A stretch of DNA of 64,000 bases, taken from positions 1 through 64,000 of the IMG/VR virus record IMGVR_UViG_3300031539_000004; one strand, 5' to 3'. Shown one piece after another: positions 1-8,217 of this stretch (position 1 is the stretch's first letter; every line of letters starts with the position of its first letter). The notes below the pieces were generated by a model. The model was not told the DNA's origin, did no database searches, and saw only the letters and a program-made list of their open reading frames with translations. Made by a program: the position numbers and the translations under genes. Source of the DNA: a virus.

Positions 1-303
1 TCCCACCTCCCCGCAGAAACCGGCTCTGGCGGAACCCCTCGTCCGGCTCCCGTCACCACCGCCCTCGTTGGCAACAACGCGACTCACTCGACTTCGGCCG
101 AGGCCCGCAAGGTCACCATCTACGTTCACAGCCCCGACGGCGGACCTGAGCGCGCCCGGCCCACTCTCGACGGCACCCCGATCCGCGGCGGCTACGGCTC
201 GGGCAAGTACGTCATCGAAGCGCCCGACGGCTGGACCTGTGAGTCCATGACCGTCAAGACGCGTGCAGGCAACAACGATGTTGTGATCGTGGAGGAGTTC
301 TGA
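1..303 (+). CDS. Partial hypothetical virion-region protein (5' truncated)
   Basis: Frame 1 is open from base 1 to TGA at 301-303 (…KYVIEAPDGWTCESMTVKTRAGNNDVVIVEEF*), with a TGATG overlap into the next gene. Confidence 0.6.
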   Translation, partial: SHLPAETGSGGTPRPAPVTTALVGNNATHSTSAEARKVTIYVHSPDGGPERARPTLDGTPIRGGYGSGKYVIEAPDGWTCESMTVKTRAGNNDVVIVEEF

Positions 304-884
304 TGATTGAGGACATCAGCCAGGTTCAGCGTTCGTTCTTCCGCACCGAGGCGCGCGACAACGGCTCGCTCACCCTCACCGCGATCGGCGCGACCATCGA
401 CCACGGCGACTCGAGCGACATCACCGACTTCGTGATCGCCTACCTCGATGACGAGACCGAGGTGAACCCGATCGCCGCTCCTGGCGTGACCATGCAGATG
501 CTGCTCGAGGGCGGCGAGATGGAGTGGACGTCGGAGGGGATCATCACGCTCCTGCTCACCGACGCCGGCGACAACCCGCTGAAGCAGGCGGTCCTCCAGC
601 AGTTCCTGACGCTCTCCATGATCTCGGGCCGGTTCCGGGTGGAGGAAGCGACACAGAAGCACATCTACGCCGATCCCGCGACGGGCGACGCGGCGGCGAA
701 CCCGATGTGTCCGACGCTGTGGTGGGACGCCCTCGACGCTGGCGACCTCGACAACCCGGCCGCTTCGGACTGGAACACCACGTTCGCCCCGGCCGGTGGC
801 GGGGTGTGGGACGCGACCGAGGCGCTGTTCGGCGAGTGGGTCACCCGCTATGCCGGCGGCGAGTTCGTGCCGATGATGACATGA
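303..884 (+). CDS. Hypothetical protein, head/neck region
   Basis: 193-aa ORF coupled to genes on both sides (TGATG and ATGA overlaps); acidic, globular-looking. Confidence 0.7.
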   Translation: MIEDISQVQRSFFRTEARDNGSLTLTAIGATIDHGDSSDITDFVIAYLDDETEVNPIAAPGVTMQMLLEGGEMEWTSEGIITLLLTDAGDNPLKQAVLQQFLTLSMISGRFRVEEATQKHIYADPATGDAAANPMCPTLWWDALDAGDLDNPAASDWNTTFAPAGGGVWDATEALFGEWVTRYAGGEFVPMMT

Positions 885-1207
885 CCTCCGTGACCGAGGA
901 CAAGCCTCGAGGCCGCTGGCCGAAGGTGTGGCTCGTGTGGGGGATCCTCGTCGTCGGTTCGTTCTTCGCGCTCGAGATCCCGGCGCTGGTGAACGACTCG
1001 GGTGGCGACACCCTCACCGAGCAGATCCAGTACGTCGGCGGGACCGGTGGCCCGTGGTGGTTCGTCACGGCGCTCCTGTTGGGCGTATCTTGGCTCCTGC
1101 TCCACTTCGTCGGCCCGGACTCCCGGGTGTGGCTGTGGGCCAAGGAGAAGCGTCAGGGGGCCGCTGAGGCGGTCTCCGAGGACGAGGGGGACGACGCCGA
1201 TGCCTAG
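881..1207 (+). CDS. Small two-TM membrane protein
   Basis: ATGA overlap at 881-884; two hydrophobic segments (VWLVWGILVVGSFFALEI; WWFVTALLLGVSWLLLHF). Confidence 0.7.
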   Translation: MTSVTEDKPRGRWPKVWLVWGILVVGSFFALEIPALVNDSGGDTLTEQIQYVGGTGGPWWFVTALLLGVSWLLLHFVGPDSRVWLWAKEKRQGAAEAVSEDEGDDADA

Positions 1208-1547
1208 CACCATGTTCGCAGCGATGGCCCCCGCCCCGCCTCGTACCCCGGTCCGGTTCATGGCCGACGCCGAGATCATCGCCCACGACGACGGTTCGAT
1301 GATGGCCGCCGTCGAGCTGGCGAACCGGACGGCCCGCCCGGCCCGCATGTGGGTCGGCGGCGAAGCGGTCCTCGAGCCGGTCACCGTCGAGGTGCGAGGC
1401 AACGGCCGAGGCTCGATCGTGGTTCCCGTCCAGCCGGGCACCCTCGAGGTTCACCATGAAGGACCCTCCGGGTCTGCCATCATGGTGGGCGAGGTGCCGA
1501 ACCCCTACAGCGACGAGGGCGCAGGCCCCGAGGAGGACACCCGATGA
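1200..1547 (+). CDS. Hypothetical protein (beta-rich)
   Basis: Overlapping start at 1200 and ATGA overlap with the next gene. Confidence 0.55.
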   Translation: MPSTMFAAMAPAPPRTPVRFMADAEIIAHDDGSMMAAVELANRTARPARMWVGGEAVLEPVTVEVRGNGRGSIVVPVQPGTLEVHHEGPSGSAIMVGEVPNPYSDEGAGPEEDTR

Positions 1548-1864
1548 GTGAGAACTGGATGCCAGGCATGATGGCCACGGGCAACAAGCCCGCCGCCGCG
1601 CCGAAGCCGGCAGCGCCTACCCCGCCCGAGCCGGAGCCGACACCGGCACCCGAGCCGACACCGGAGCCGGCTCCCGAGCCCGCCCCGGTCGAAGAGACCC
1701 CTGAGACCAGCAGCGACGATGACGGGTACCCCGCCGACGGCAACGTCGGAGAGGTGCTCGAGTGGGCCGGCGACAACGCCGACCGACGTGTTTTCGCGCT
1801 GGCCGCCGAGCTCGAGCGAGAGCATCCCCGCAAGGGCGTGACCGGCGAGCTCAGGGGGGATTGA
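1544..1864 (+). CDS. Pro/Glu-rich small virion-associated protein
   Basis: PEPTPAPEP low-complexity linker, then a short C-terminal domain; lies just upstream of the major tail gene. Confidence 0.65.
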   Translation: MSENWMPGMMATGNKPAAAPKPAAPTPPEPEPTPAPEPTPEPAPEPAPVEETPETSSDDDGYPADGNVGEVLEWAGDNADRRVFALAAELEREHPRKGVTGELRGD

Positions 1865-1961
1865 CCCATCAACCCCCCGAGTCGGAATACACTGATCGGC
1901 ACGGGCCAATAACCGACGCAGGCGAAGCCGACTGGCAGTGCTCTTGAAGGAGGGCTGACAA

Positions 1962-2756
1962 ATGGCAGTCTGTTGCCCGCAGTCGATCAAGGGCTGCGCC
2001 ATCCGATTCACCCGCGAGAGTGAGTGCTACATCGCACTCGATCCTCTCACCCCGAACAGCCGGATCCAGATGGCGGCGTTCACGTCGCTGTCGCTTTCGC
2101 CTGACCTCGAGGACGGTTCCGACATCACGGTGACGAACGCCTGTGGCGACGTCTGCATCCGTGACAAGGACTGCGACCGTCTCAAGGGCTTCGACGTGAC
2201 GCTCACCCTCTGCGGTGTGCCTCTGCCGGCGCTCGAGATGTTCCTCAACGCGACGCTGCTCGAGGACCCGACCGTGACCGGCGACTTCCGTGGAGCGGTG
2301 CTCCCCGAGTCGAAGTCCGCTGGTTGCCCGGATCCTCTCTCCGTCGAGGTGTGGTCGCGCAACGCCGACCCGGCCGTCTGCAACCCGGACGGCTCGCAGG
2401 GCGCGGTGTACGTCCAGTGGCTGCTCCCCCGAGTGAGCAACCTGCAGATCTCGGGCGACATCACGTTCGAGAACGAGGCGCTCACCCTCGAGCTGTCGGG
2501 CTACGCGGAGAACAACCCGCAGTGGTTCCCGAGCTTCCCCGACGCGACGTTCCCGAGCTACGACCCGGGTGGCGGCGATCCGACCGGTGTGCCGACCGGC
2601 GCACCGCCTCCGATCCTGCCGGCTGGCGTGACGGCCGATCCGTGGACGCTCGCCGACCAGGCTGCGATCCAGGCGGGCGGCCCGATGGCTTGGGTCTGCG
2701 TGAGCGCACTCCCCGCTCCGATCGACGACTGCGACTACGTCCCGGTCGCTCCCTGA
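1962..2756 (+). CDS. Major tail protein (actinophage type)
   Basis: SD AGGAGG upstream; size and motifs (IRFTR…C, ITVTNACGDVCI, GDITFENEALTLELSG) fit actinophage major tail proteins; followed by a terminator hairpin. Confidence 0.75.
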   Translation: MAVCCPQSIKGCAIRFTRESECYIALDPLTPNSRIQMAAFTSLSLSPDLEDGSDITVTNACGDVCIRDKDCDRLKGFDVTLTLCGVPLPALEMFLNATLLEDPTVTGDFRGAVLPESKSAGCPDPLSVEVWSRNADPAVCNPDGSQGAVYVQWLLPRVSNLQISGDITFENEALTLELSGYAENNPQWFPSFPDATFPSYDPGGGDPTGVPTGAPPPILPAGVTADPWTLADQAAIQAGGPMAWVCVSALPAPIDDCDYVPVAP

Positions 2757-2785
2757 TCCGGTAGGCATCTCCTCGGCCCATAGGG

Positions 2786-2809
2786 ACCCCCTCGCTTCGG
2801 CGGGGGGGT
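2786..2809 (+). terminator. Intrinsic terminator-like hairpin after major tail gene
   Basis: ACCCCCTCGC-TTCG-GCGGGGGGGT: 10-bp stem (one G-U) with a UUCG loop; only a short T run follows. Confidence 0.65.
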
Positions 2810-2868
2810 TCTGCCGTTGGGGGGCCGTGTTGTGGCTGGTCAGCGGGTTCTTTCCCGCACCCCCTCGG

Positions 2869-2902
2869 TGTAGTCGCTTCCGCTACACCGGCATGGTACG
2901 TT
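2869..2902 (+). promoter_or_regulatory. Operator (GTAG-N9-CTAC) overlapping -35, with -10 TACGTT
   Basis: TGTAG tcgcttccg CTACA at 2869-2887; TACGTT at 2897-2902; ATG 6 nt downstream. Confidence 0.75.
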
Positions 2903-2908
2903 GTGGGC

Positions 2909-3145
2909 ATGGAGAACACCCCGAACCCCGAGACCGAGGAGTACCTCTACGAGGTGCTCATCCCCGCCGAGGTGGAACTCAGCGAACGCTTCGCTTGGAA
3001 CCACGAGACCCACGGCTTCGACTGGACCGGCACCGACGCCGAGCGCGCCGAGATGGACCGGCTGCGTGACGAGATCGCACGCCACCCGGTCATCGTCGCC
3101 GAAGACCGGCTGATGATGAGGGCCGAAGCGAGGATGAACCGATGA
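2909..3145 (+). CDS. Hypothetical protein (leaderless)
   Basis: ATG 6 nt after the -10 box, no SD; ATGA overlap with the next ORF. Confidence 0.65.
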   Translation: MENTPNPETEEYLYEVLIPAEVELSERFAWNHETHGFDWTGTDAERAEMDRLRDEIARHPVIVAEDRLMMRAEARMNR

Positions 3146-3339
3146 GCGCCACCAACGCACCCATGTTGATCGCAGACCGTCACGACGGGCGGGCCACCGA
3201 GATGCACTCGATCGGCTCGAAGCCCCTCGGCGCTGGTCGCCGGAAGGCCGCTCAGCAGAAGCGCAAGGGCATCCGCCGAGCGCAGCGCCGCCGTGAAGGT
3301 CAGGCGTGGAAGTCAGCGGACCGCGACGGCGAGCTGTGA
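3142..3339 (+). CDS. Small basic hypothetical protein
   Basis: Coupled start; Arg/Lys-rich. Confidence 0.5.
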   Translation: MSATNAPMLIADRHDGRATEMHSIGSKPLGAGRRKAAQQKRKGIRRAQRRREGQAWKSADRDGEL

Positions 3340-3350
3340 AAGGCCCGGCC

Positions 3351-3575
3351 ATGAGCGATCACCTTTACGCCGCCCGCGAGTACGCGGAGGCCATCGACCA
3401 GCCCGACATGAGCGACGCCGACGCCCTCGCGATGTGGGCAGACAACCTCGTAGACGACCACTGCGACGGCGGCGAGCACATCGATAGCCTCGCCGAGATC
3501 GCCGACGACCTCGAGGCGATGGGCGCAACGGAGGACGCCGCTCGCTTCCGTGAGATCATCCCCACCCTCGGCTGA
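3351..3575 (+). CDS. Small acidic hypothetical protein
   Basis: ATG at 3351 after AAAGG; typical phage codon use. Confidence 0.55.
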   Translation: MSDHLYAAREYAEAIDQPDMSDADALAMWADNLVDDHCDGGEHIDSLAEIADDLEAMGATEDAARFREIIPTLG

Positions 3576-3601
3576 GAAGCCGCCAGCGGGCGAGCCCTCG
3601 G

Positions 3602-3620
3602 TGTAGTGTCCCGAACTACT
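3602..3620. promoter_or_regulatory. Operator copy upstream of VUT cassette
   Basis: TGTAG tgtcccgaa CTACT. Confidence 0.65.
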
Positions 3621-3638
3621 CCACCGAGGGGGGAACCC

Positions 3639-4202
3639 ATGACCAAGAGGACCATCGCCGGGTGGGCAGCCTTCGCTGCTTTCGTCGGTACCGTCTACGC
3701 CGCCAACTGGGCGCTCGAGACCTACGAGATCATCGACCTGCCCCTCACCGGGCTGACCGCCCCGGCCGGTGTCTACTTCGCCGGTCTGGCGTTCGGCCTC
3801 CGCGACGTGGTCCACGAGACCCTTGGCCGGCGGTGGGTCGCCCTCGCGATCATCCTCGGCGCTTCGCTCAGCTACGTCATCTCCGACGGGGCCGAGATAC
3901 CCGGCGGGCACGTCACCATCGCCGTCGCCTCGGGTATCGCCTTCCTCCTAAGCGAGCTCGCCGACCTCGCGGTGTACGACCCGCTGCGCGCTCGGCGATG
4001 GTGGGCGGCCGTGATCGCGTCGAACGCTGTTGGGGCCGTGGTCGACTCGGCGCTGTTCCTGTGGCTGGCCTTCGGGTCGCTCAACTTCATCGAGGGCCAG
4101 ATCGTCGGCAAGATCGCCATGATCCTCCCCGTCCTGCCGCTCGTGTGGCTCGCCCGCCGCTACCTGCTCCCCGGGGATGAACGGCCCGGAGAAGCGCAAT
4201 GA
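3639..4202 (+). CDS. VUT-family (YhhQ-like) queuosine-precursor transporter
   Basis: About 6 TM helices with VUT motifs: AANW, PAGVYFAGLAFGLRDVVHETLG, ASGIAFLLSELADLAVYDPL, SNAVGAVVDSALFLWLAFG. Confidence 0.85.
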   Translation: MTKRTIAGWAAFAAFVGTVYAANWALETYEIIDLPLTGLTAPAGVYFAGLAFGLRDVVHETLGRRWVALAIILGASLSYVISDGAEIPGGHVTIAVASGIAFLLSELADLAVYDPLRARRWWAAVIASNAVGAVVDSALFLWLAFGSLNFIEGQIVGKIAMILPVLPLVWLARRYLLPGDERPGEAQ

Positions 4203-4555
4203 GCGGCCACTCAGCCCACCCTGTCGCCGGGATGGTGGCCTTCCCTCACGACGGGGTCCAGTTCGAAGTGGCGTGCGAGGCCCTCTGCCCCTTCGCCGAC
4301 GAGACCGACCGCCACGCTCTCGTCATCGAGATCGCTGGTGGTTCGGGAACCATCGAGGCCGGGTCTCTGGCCGACTACCTCGCCAGCTACGCCGACACCA
4401 AGATCTCGGCCGAAGATCTGGTCGTCGCCGTCGCGAACGAGATCGCGGCGCAGCTCGAGGAGGATCTCGGTGCGCCCCCCGGGCTGGTCACGGTCACCAC
4501 CACCGTCACGGTCGCGGAAGGGCGGGTGAAGCTCACGGCGGTGTCCTGCCAGTGA
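4199..4555 (+). CDS. QueF-like T-fold protein (7-deazaguanine pathway)
   Basis: CP…D catalytic pair (LCPFADETD), IEAGSLADYLASY resembling QueF VESKSLKLYL, and ISAE resembling the H/S-E motif; context beside VUT. Confidence 0.7.
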   Translation: MSGHSAHPVAGMVAFPHDGVQFEVACEALCPFADETDRHALVIEIAGGSGTIEAGSLADYLASYADTKISAEDLVVAVANEIAAQLEEDLGAPPGLVTVTTTVTVAEGRVKLTAVSCQ

Positions 4556-5190
4556 TCTACCTGACCACCGGGAACACTCAGGCGCTGAAGGCCGGCATCG
4601 AAGCTCACCCCGACCTCCTCGGGCTGCTCGTCACCCCCCGCACCTATCGGCGAGCCGGTCATCCTGTGGATAGGTGGACGTGGGCGGCTGACAACGACTG
4701 CTTCAATGCCGGCGACGAGTTCAACCGCGACGCCTGGCTGAGCTGGCTTGACCGGATGACCCCCGCCGCCCGCGACCGGTGTCTCTTCGCCGTCGCCCCG
4801 GACGTGGTGGGCGACTGGTCGGCGACCCTCGAGCGGTCCCTCCCCGAGCTCGGCGAGGTGCGCTCCCTCGGCTACCGGGCCGCGCTGGTCCTCCAAGACG
4901 GCCTCACCGGCCCCGACGAGGTCCCGTGGTCCGAGGTGGACGCCCTGTTCGTCGGCGGCACCGACGACTTCAAACTGAGCGCCGAGGCGGCCGCTGTGGT
5001 GGCCGTGGGCGCGGCCCGAGGGTTGTGGGTCCACATGGGCCGGGTGAACAGCCGACGCCGAACCTTGGCCGCCGCCCGGATGGGCTGTGTTTCGGTCGAC
5101 GGGACCCACCTCGTATTCGAAGGCCCGAGCGCCGTACCGACCGTTCTCGGGTGGGCGCGCGAGGCGACGAACCAAGGTCGCCTGTTCTGA
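4552..5190 (+). CDS. TGT/DpdA-like deazaguanine DNA transglycosylase
   Basis: GTG start with GTGA overlap; motifs WAADNDCF, APDVVGD, VLQDG, LFVGGT, WVHMGRVN, SVDGT resemble a TGT-like barrel (HxLG and SxDS equivalents); context. Confidence 0.6.
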   Translation: MIYLTTGNTQALKAGIEAHPDLLGLLVTPRTYRRAGHPVDRWTWAADNDCFNAGDEFNRDAWLSWLDRMTPAARDRCLFAVAPDVVGDWSATLERSLPELGEVRSLGYRAALVLQDGLTGPDEVPWSEVDALFVGGTDDFKLSAEAAAVVAVGAARGLWVHMGRVNSRRRTLAAARMGCVSVDGTHLVFEGPSAVPTVLGWAREATNQGRLF

Positions 5191-5217
5191 ACGGCGGGGC
5201 GTCGTAGCATAGGAGCC

Positions 5218-6399
5218 GTGGCTTCCCCAACGACCGGACCCTGCGAGGAGTGGACCACCCCCGACGAGGTGCGCGCCTGCTGCGTCGGCCTCGACCCCGC
5301 CTACGACCTCACGCAGGCGATCCAGTGGGCGACCGTCATCCTGTGGCGCAAGTCAGGCCGCCGGTTCCACGGCCTCTGCAACCGGACCATCTACCCGTGC
5401 ATGGGCGACAACTGCGGGTGCTGCGGAGCCGGGTGGGGCGGCAACACCGCTGGCGACTGGCAGTGGGGCTACGCCGGGTACCCCGGCTTCGGCGGCTGGA
5501 ACGGCGGCTCCGGGTTCTCCGGGGGCGCGTTCCCCTACGCCGGCGGGTTCGTGAACGTCGGGTCCTGCGACCGGACGTGCAAGCTCAACTGCGTCGAGGT
5601 CCCCGCCCCGATCTCGGGCATCAACGAGATCATCATCAACGGCCAGGTGCTCGACCCGGGCCTCTACATGATCACCGGGTTCGACAAGATCTGCCGGGCC
5701 GACGGCGGGTTCTGGCCGTGTAGCAACGACCTCACCTGCCTCCCTCAGCCGTCGATCATCGAGCTGACCGTCGACGCGACCGCCGGCCTCTACGAGATCA
5801 ACGTCACCACCGACGCCGGAACCGAGACGACCGCCGTGTTCGCCACCGACGCCGCGGCCGTGGTCGAAGCGGCGCTCGAGGCGCTCCCCAACGTCGGCGT
5901 CGGGAACGTGGTCGTAGCTGGCGGGCCGGGCGACGCCGGCGGAACCACCCCCTACCTGATCGAGTTCCCCCGCGAGCTCGGGCGCGTCACGATCACCACG
6001 ACCGACGTGACCCTCGCCGGCGGGGCCTCGACCGCCTCGCCCGTCATCCAACAGCTCGGCTGCACGGGTGAAGGCTCCTGGCAGATCGACTACCAGTTCG
6101 GGCGCGACGTACCAGCCGACGCCCGCTTCATGGCATCGATCCTCGCCTGCCAGATCGCGCTCAACCGGTGCGGCGGCGAGGGTTGCATCCTCCCGCAACG
6201 GTTGAAGGAGATCACCCGCCAAGGCGTCGCGATGGCGTTCGCCGACCCGCTCGAGTTCATCGACAAGGGCGAGGTGGGGATCTACGAGATCGACCTGTGG
6301 CTCGCCGACGTGAACCCGGCGAAGCTCCAGCGCCGCGCCCGAGTCCACCGCGCCGACCAGTACCAACGGTCGTCGCCGCCCCGGAACATCACCGGCTGA
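5218..6399 (+). CDS. Head-to-tail adaptor with inserted domain
   Basis: N-terminal ATVILWRKSGRRF and C-terminal LPQRLKEITRQGV…GIYEIDLWLADVNP match actinophage adaptors; position in neck cluster. Confidence 0.7.
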   Translation: MASPTTGPCEEWTTPDEVRACCVGLDPAYDLTQAIQWATVILWRKSGRRFHGLCNRTIYPCMGDNCGCCGAGWGGNTAGDWQWGYAGYPGFGGWNGGSGFSGGAFPYAGGFVNVGSCDRTCKLNCVEVPAPISGINEIIINGQVLDPGLYMITGFDKICRADGGFWPCSNDLTCLPQPSIIELTVDATAGLYEINVTTDAGTETTAVFATDAAAVVEAALEALPNVGVGNVVVAGGPGDAGGTTPYLIEFPRELGRVTITTTDVTLAGGASTASPVIQQLGCTGEGSWQIDYQFGRDVPADARFMASILACQIALNRCGGEGCILPQRLKEITRQGVAMAFADPLEFIDKGEVGIYEIDLWLADVNPAKLQRRARVHRADQYQRSSPPRNITG

Positions 6400-6920
6400 T
6401 GCCGCTCCAGAACCCCGACCGACTGGTCTTCCTCCTCGCCGCGATCCGTGACGGCCTCTGCGCCTGCCTCGAGGCCGAAACCCCCGACGGCCGCCCGCAG
6501 GACTGCTTCATCTCCCACGGCGAACCTGCCGACGACTGCTGCGACTTCCTGGCCGTCTGGCTGCGCCGCATCTACCCGACGACCGACTTCCCGAAGTTCA
6601 CCGAGGGCACCACCCGCTGCGGGTCCACGCACGCCGCGGTCGAGTTCGGGGTCCGGCTCACCCGCCCGTGCTTCCCGACGCTGGTCGACAACGCGTTCAA
6701 CCCGTTCCCCGACGGCGAGGACACGATCGAACCGGCCGCCGAGAACCTGCTGATCGACGCGTGGGTCCTCCAGTGCTGCCTCCTCGAGATCGGCAACAGC
6801 TTCGGGCCCGCCCCGTCGGACTGCCAAGACTTCCGCATGGGCGAGCTCCGCCCGCACGGCCCGAAGGGCGGCTGCGCCGGCTGGACCTTGTGGGGCGTGA
6901 TCGAGGACTTCTGCTGCTGA
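6399..6920 (+). CDS. Tail terminator/neck protein (Cys-rich)
   Basis: TGATG overlap; 13 Cys in 173 aa; synteny between adaptor and gp10-like gene. Confidence 0.6.
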   Translation: MPLQNPDRLVFLLAAIRDGLCACLEAETPDGRPQDCFISHGEPADDCCDFLAVWLRRIYPTTDFPKFTEGTTRCGSTHAAVEFGVRLTRPCFPTLVDNAFNPFPDGEDTIEPAAENLLIDAWVLQCCLLEIGNSFGPAPSDCQDFRMGELRPHGPKGGCAGWTLWGVIEDFCC

Positions 6921-6931
6921 GGCGGTGACCC

Positions 6932-7330
6932 GTGGCGACCTCCGTCGTGTTCACCCCCAACCCCGGGGGCCTCTTCGCGCTCCTGAAGGCCCCGGGCGGC
7001 GATGTAGGAAGGTACATGATCGGCCTCGGCGTCGCGGTCGCTGGCGTCGCTCGAGGGCTCGCTCCCCGAGTGACCGGCAACCTGCAGGGATCGATCGGCT
7101 CGTCGCAATTCATCTCCCCGGGTGGCCCTGGCGCGGAGGTGGTCGCGACGGCGAGCTACGCGATCTTCGTCCACGAAGGCACCGGCCCCCACCCGATCGA
7201 GGGGAACCCGATCCTCCGGTTCCCTTCGAAGGCGGGGGTGATCGTCTACACGCCCCGCGTCGATCACCCCGGAACGACCGGCCAGCCGTTCCTTGTGGAC
7301 GCCGCCAGGCAGGTCATCATGGGCCTCTAG
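6932..7330 (+). CDS. HK97 gp10-like neck/tail-completion protein
   Basis: APRVTGNLQGSI, YAIFVHEGT and HPGTTGQPFL motifs. Confidence 0.7.
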   Translation: MATSVVFTPNPGGLFALLKAPGGDVGRYMIGLGVAVAGVARGLAPRVTGNLQGSIGSSQFISPGGPGAEVVATASYAIFVHEGTGPHPIEGNPILRFPSKAGVIVYTPRVDHPGTTGQPFLVDAARQVIMGL

Positions 7331-7405
7331 GCTGAGGAGCCGTGGCTCCGCGTGCTACAACAGGGGGCACATTCCGAGCAGATCACCCCGAGGAGCAGAC
7401 CACTC

Positions 7406-7795
7406 ATGGCTGACGAAACCACCACCGACGACGCAGCGAAGCCCGAACCGAAGAAGGCGAAGGCGAAGAGTTCGAGCGCCAGCACCGTCAAGGCGATGAA
7501 GGCCGAGGCGACCGGCGACGAGTCCCGATCGGTCGCCCTCCGTGACCAGTCCTTCCGAGTGGTGGACGAGCTGCCCGGCATCACCCTCCTCGACCTCGGC
7601 CTCGCCGCCGACCCCGAGGCGTCCGACTTCGACCGGATCCGAGCCGTTCGACGGGTCCTCGATGACGCCATCGTCCTTGGCGACCGGTCCCGGTTCAAGA
7701 GCCTTCTCCGCAACGCTCAGCCGACGATCGGCATGCAGGAGCTCGACGGCGTGATCTCGCAGTTGATCGAGCTGGTGACCGGCAGCCCTACCTGA
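7406..7795 (+). CDS. Tail assembly chaperone (G)
   Basis: SD AGGAG; first of two ORFs preceding the tape measure gene; ends TGSPT*. Confidence 0.7.
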   Translation: MADETTTDDAAKPEPKKAKAKSSSASTVKAMKAEATGDESRSVALRDQSFRVVDELPGITLLDLGLAADPEASDFDRIRAVRRVLDDAIVLGDRSRFKSLLRNAQPTIGMQELDGVISQLIELVTGSPT

Positions 7796-7821
7796 CGGTC
7801 GTCAACATCGCCGCGTACATC

Positions 7822-8196
7822 GTGGCGACCGCTGCCGAGCTCGACGGCCGGCTGATTCGTGACAGCGGCCGTCGCCTACTGGACCTGTCCGCGGTGGCCC
7901 TTCTTCACTTCGCGTACGCTTGCCTTGTAGAGCACGCAGATGCGGACCAGCGAAAGAAGATCGACGCTGCCCTGACGGGGCGGCTTGGCTCCCGAGGTGG
8001 CATCCTCACCGACGAAGACGACGAGTCGATCCCGGCCCCGCTGCGAGGCAAGGAGGCACCGGAGTGGTGGACAGGCGACCAGGGCGCAATCGAGACGAAG
8101 GATCTCGACTTGGGCACCTCGGGCGGCGTTCGCTCCATGCCCACTCCGGGCGAGGGCGCAGCGACGATTCCGGGGAAGGCCCCTCCTGGCCGCTGA
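7822..8196 (+). CDS. Tail assembly chaperone T segment (probably made by -1 frameshift)
   Basis: In the -1 frame relative to G, open across the G stop, with no SD before 7822. Confidence 0.6.
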   Translation: MATAAELDGRLIRDSGRRLLDLSAVALLHFAYACLVEHADADQRKKIDAALTGRLGSRGGILTDEDDESIPAPLRGKEAPEWWTGDQGAIETKDLDLGTSGGVRSMPTPGEGAATIPGKAPPGR

Positions 8197-8217
8197 CCCT
8201 GCGCGGGGTGATCTGAG

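Noticed and set aside
1610-1700. CCGGAGCCG/GATCCGCCGGCC-type tandem DNA repeats (also 26580-26640) and poly-ACC/CCG runs
   Set aside because: Explained by Pro- or Thr-rich protein linkers.
1861-1893. Promoter TTGACC…TACACT upstream of the major tail gene
   Set aside because: Spacing is 21 bp, outside the normal 16-19 bp; only the -10 is plausible.
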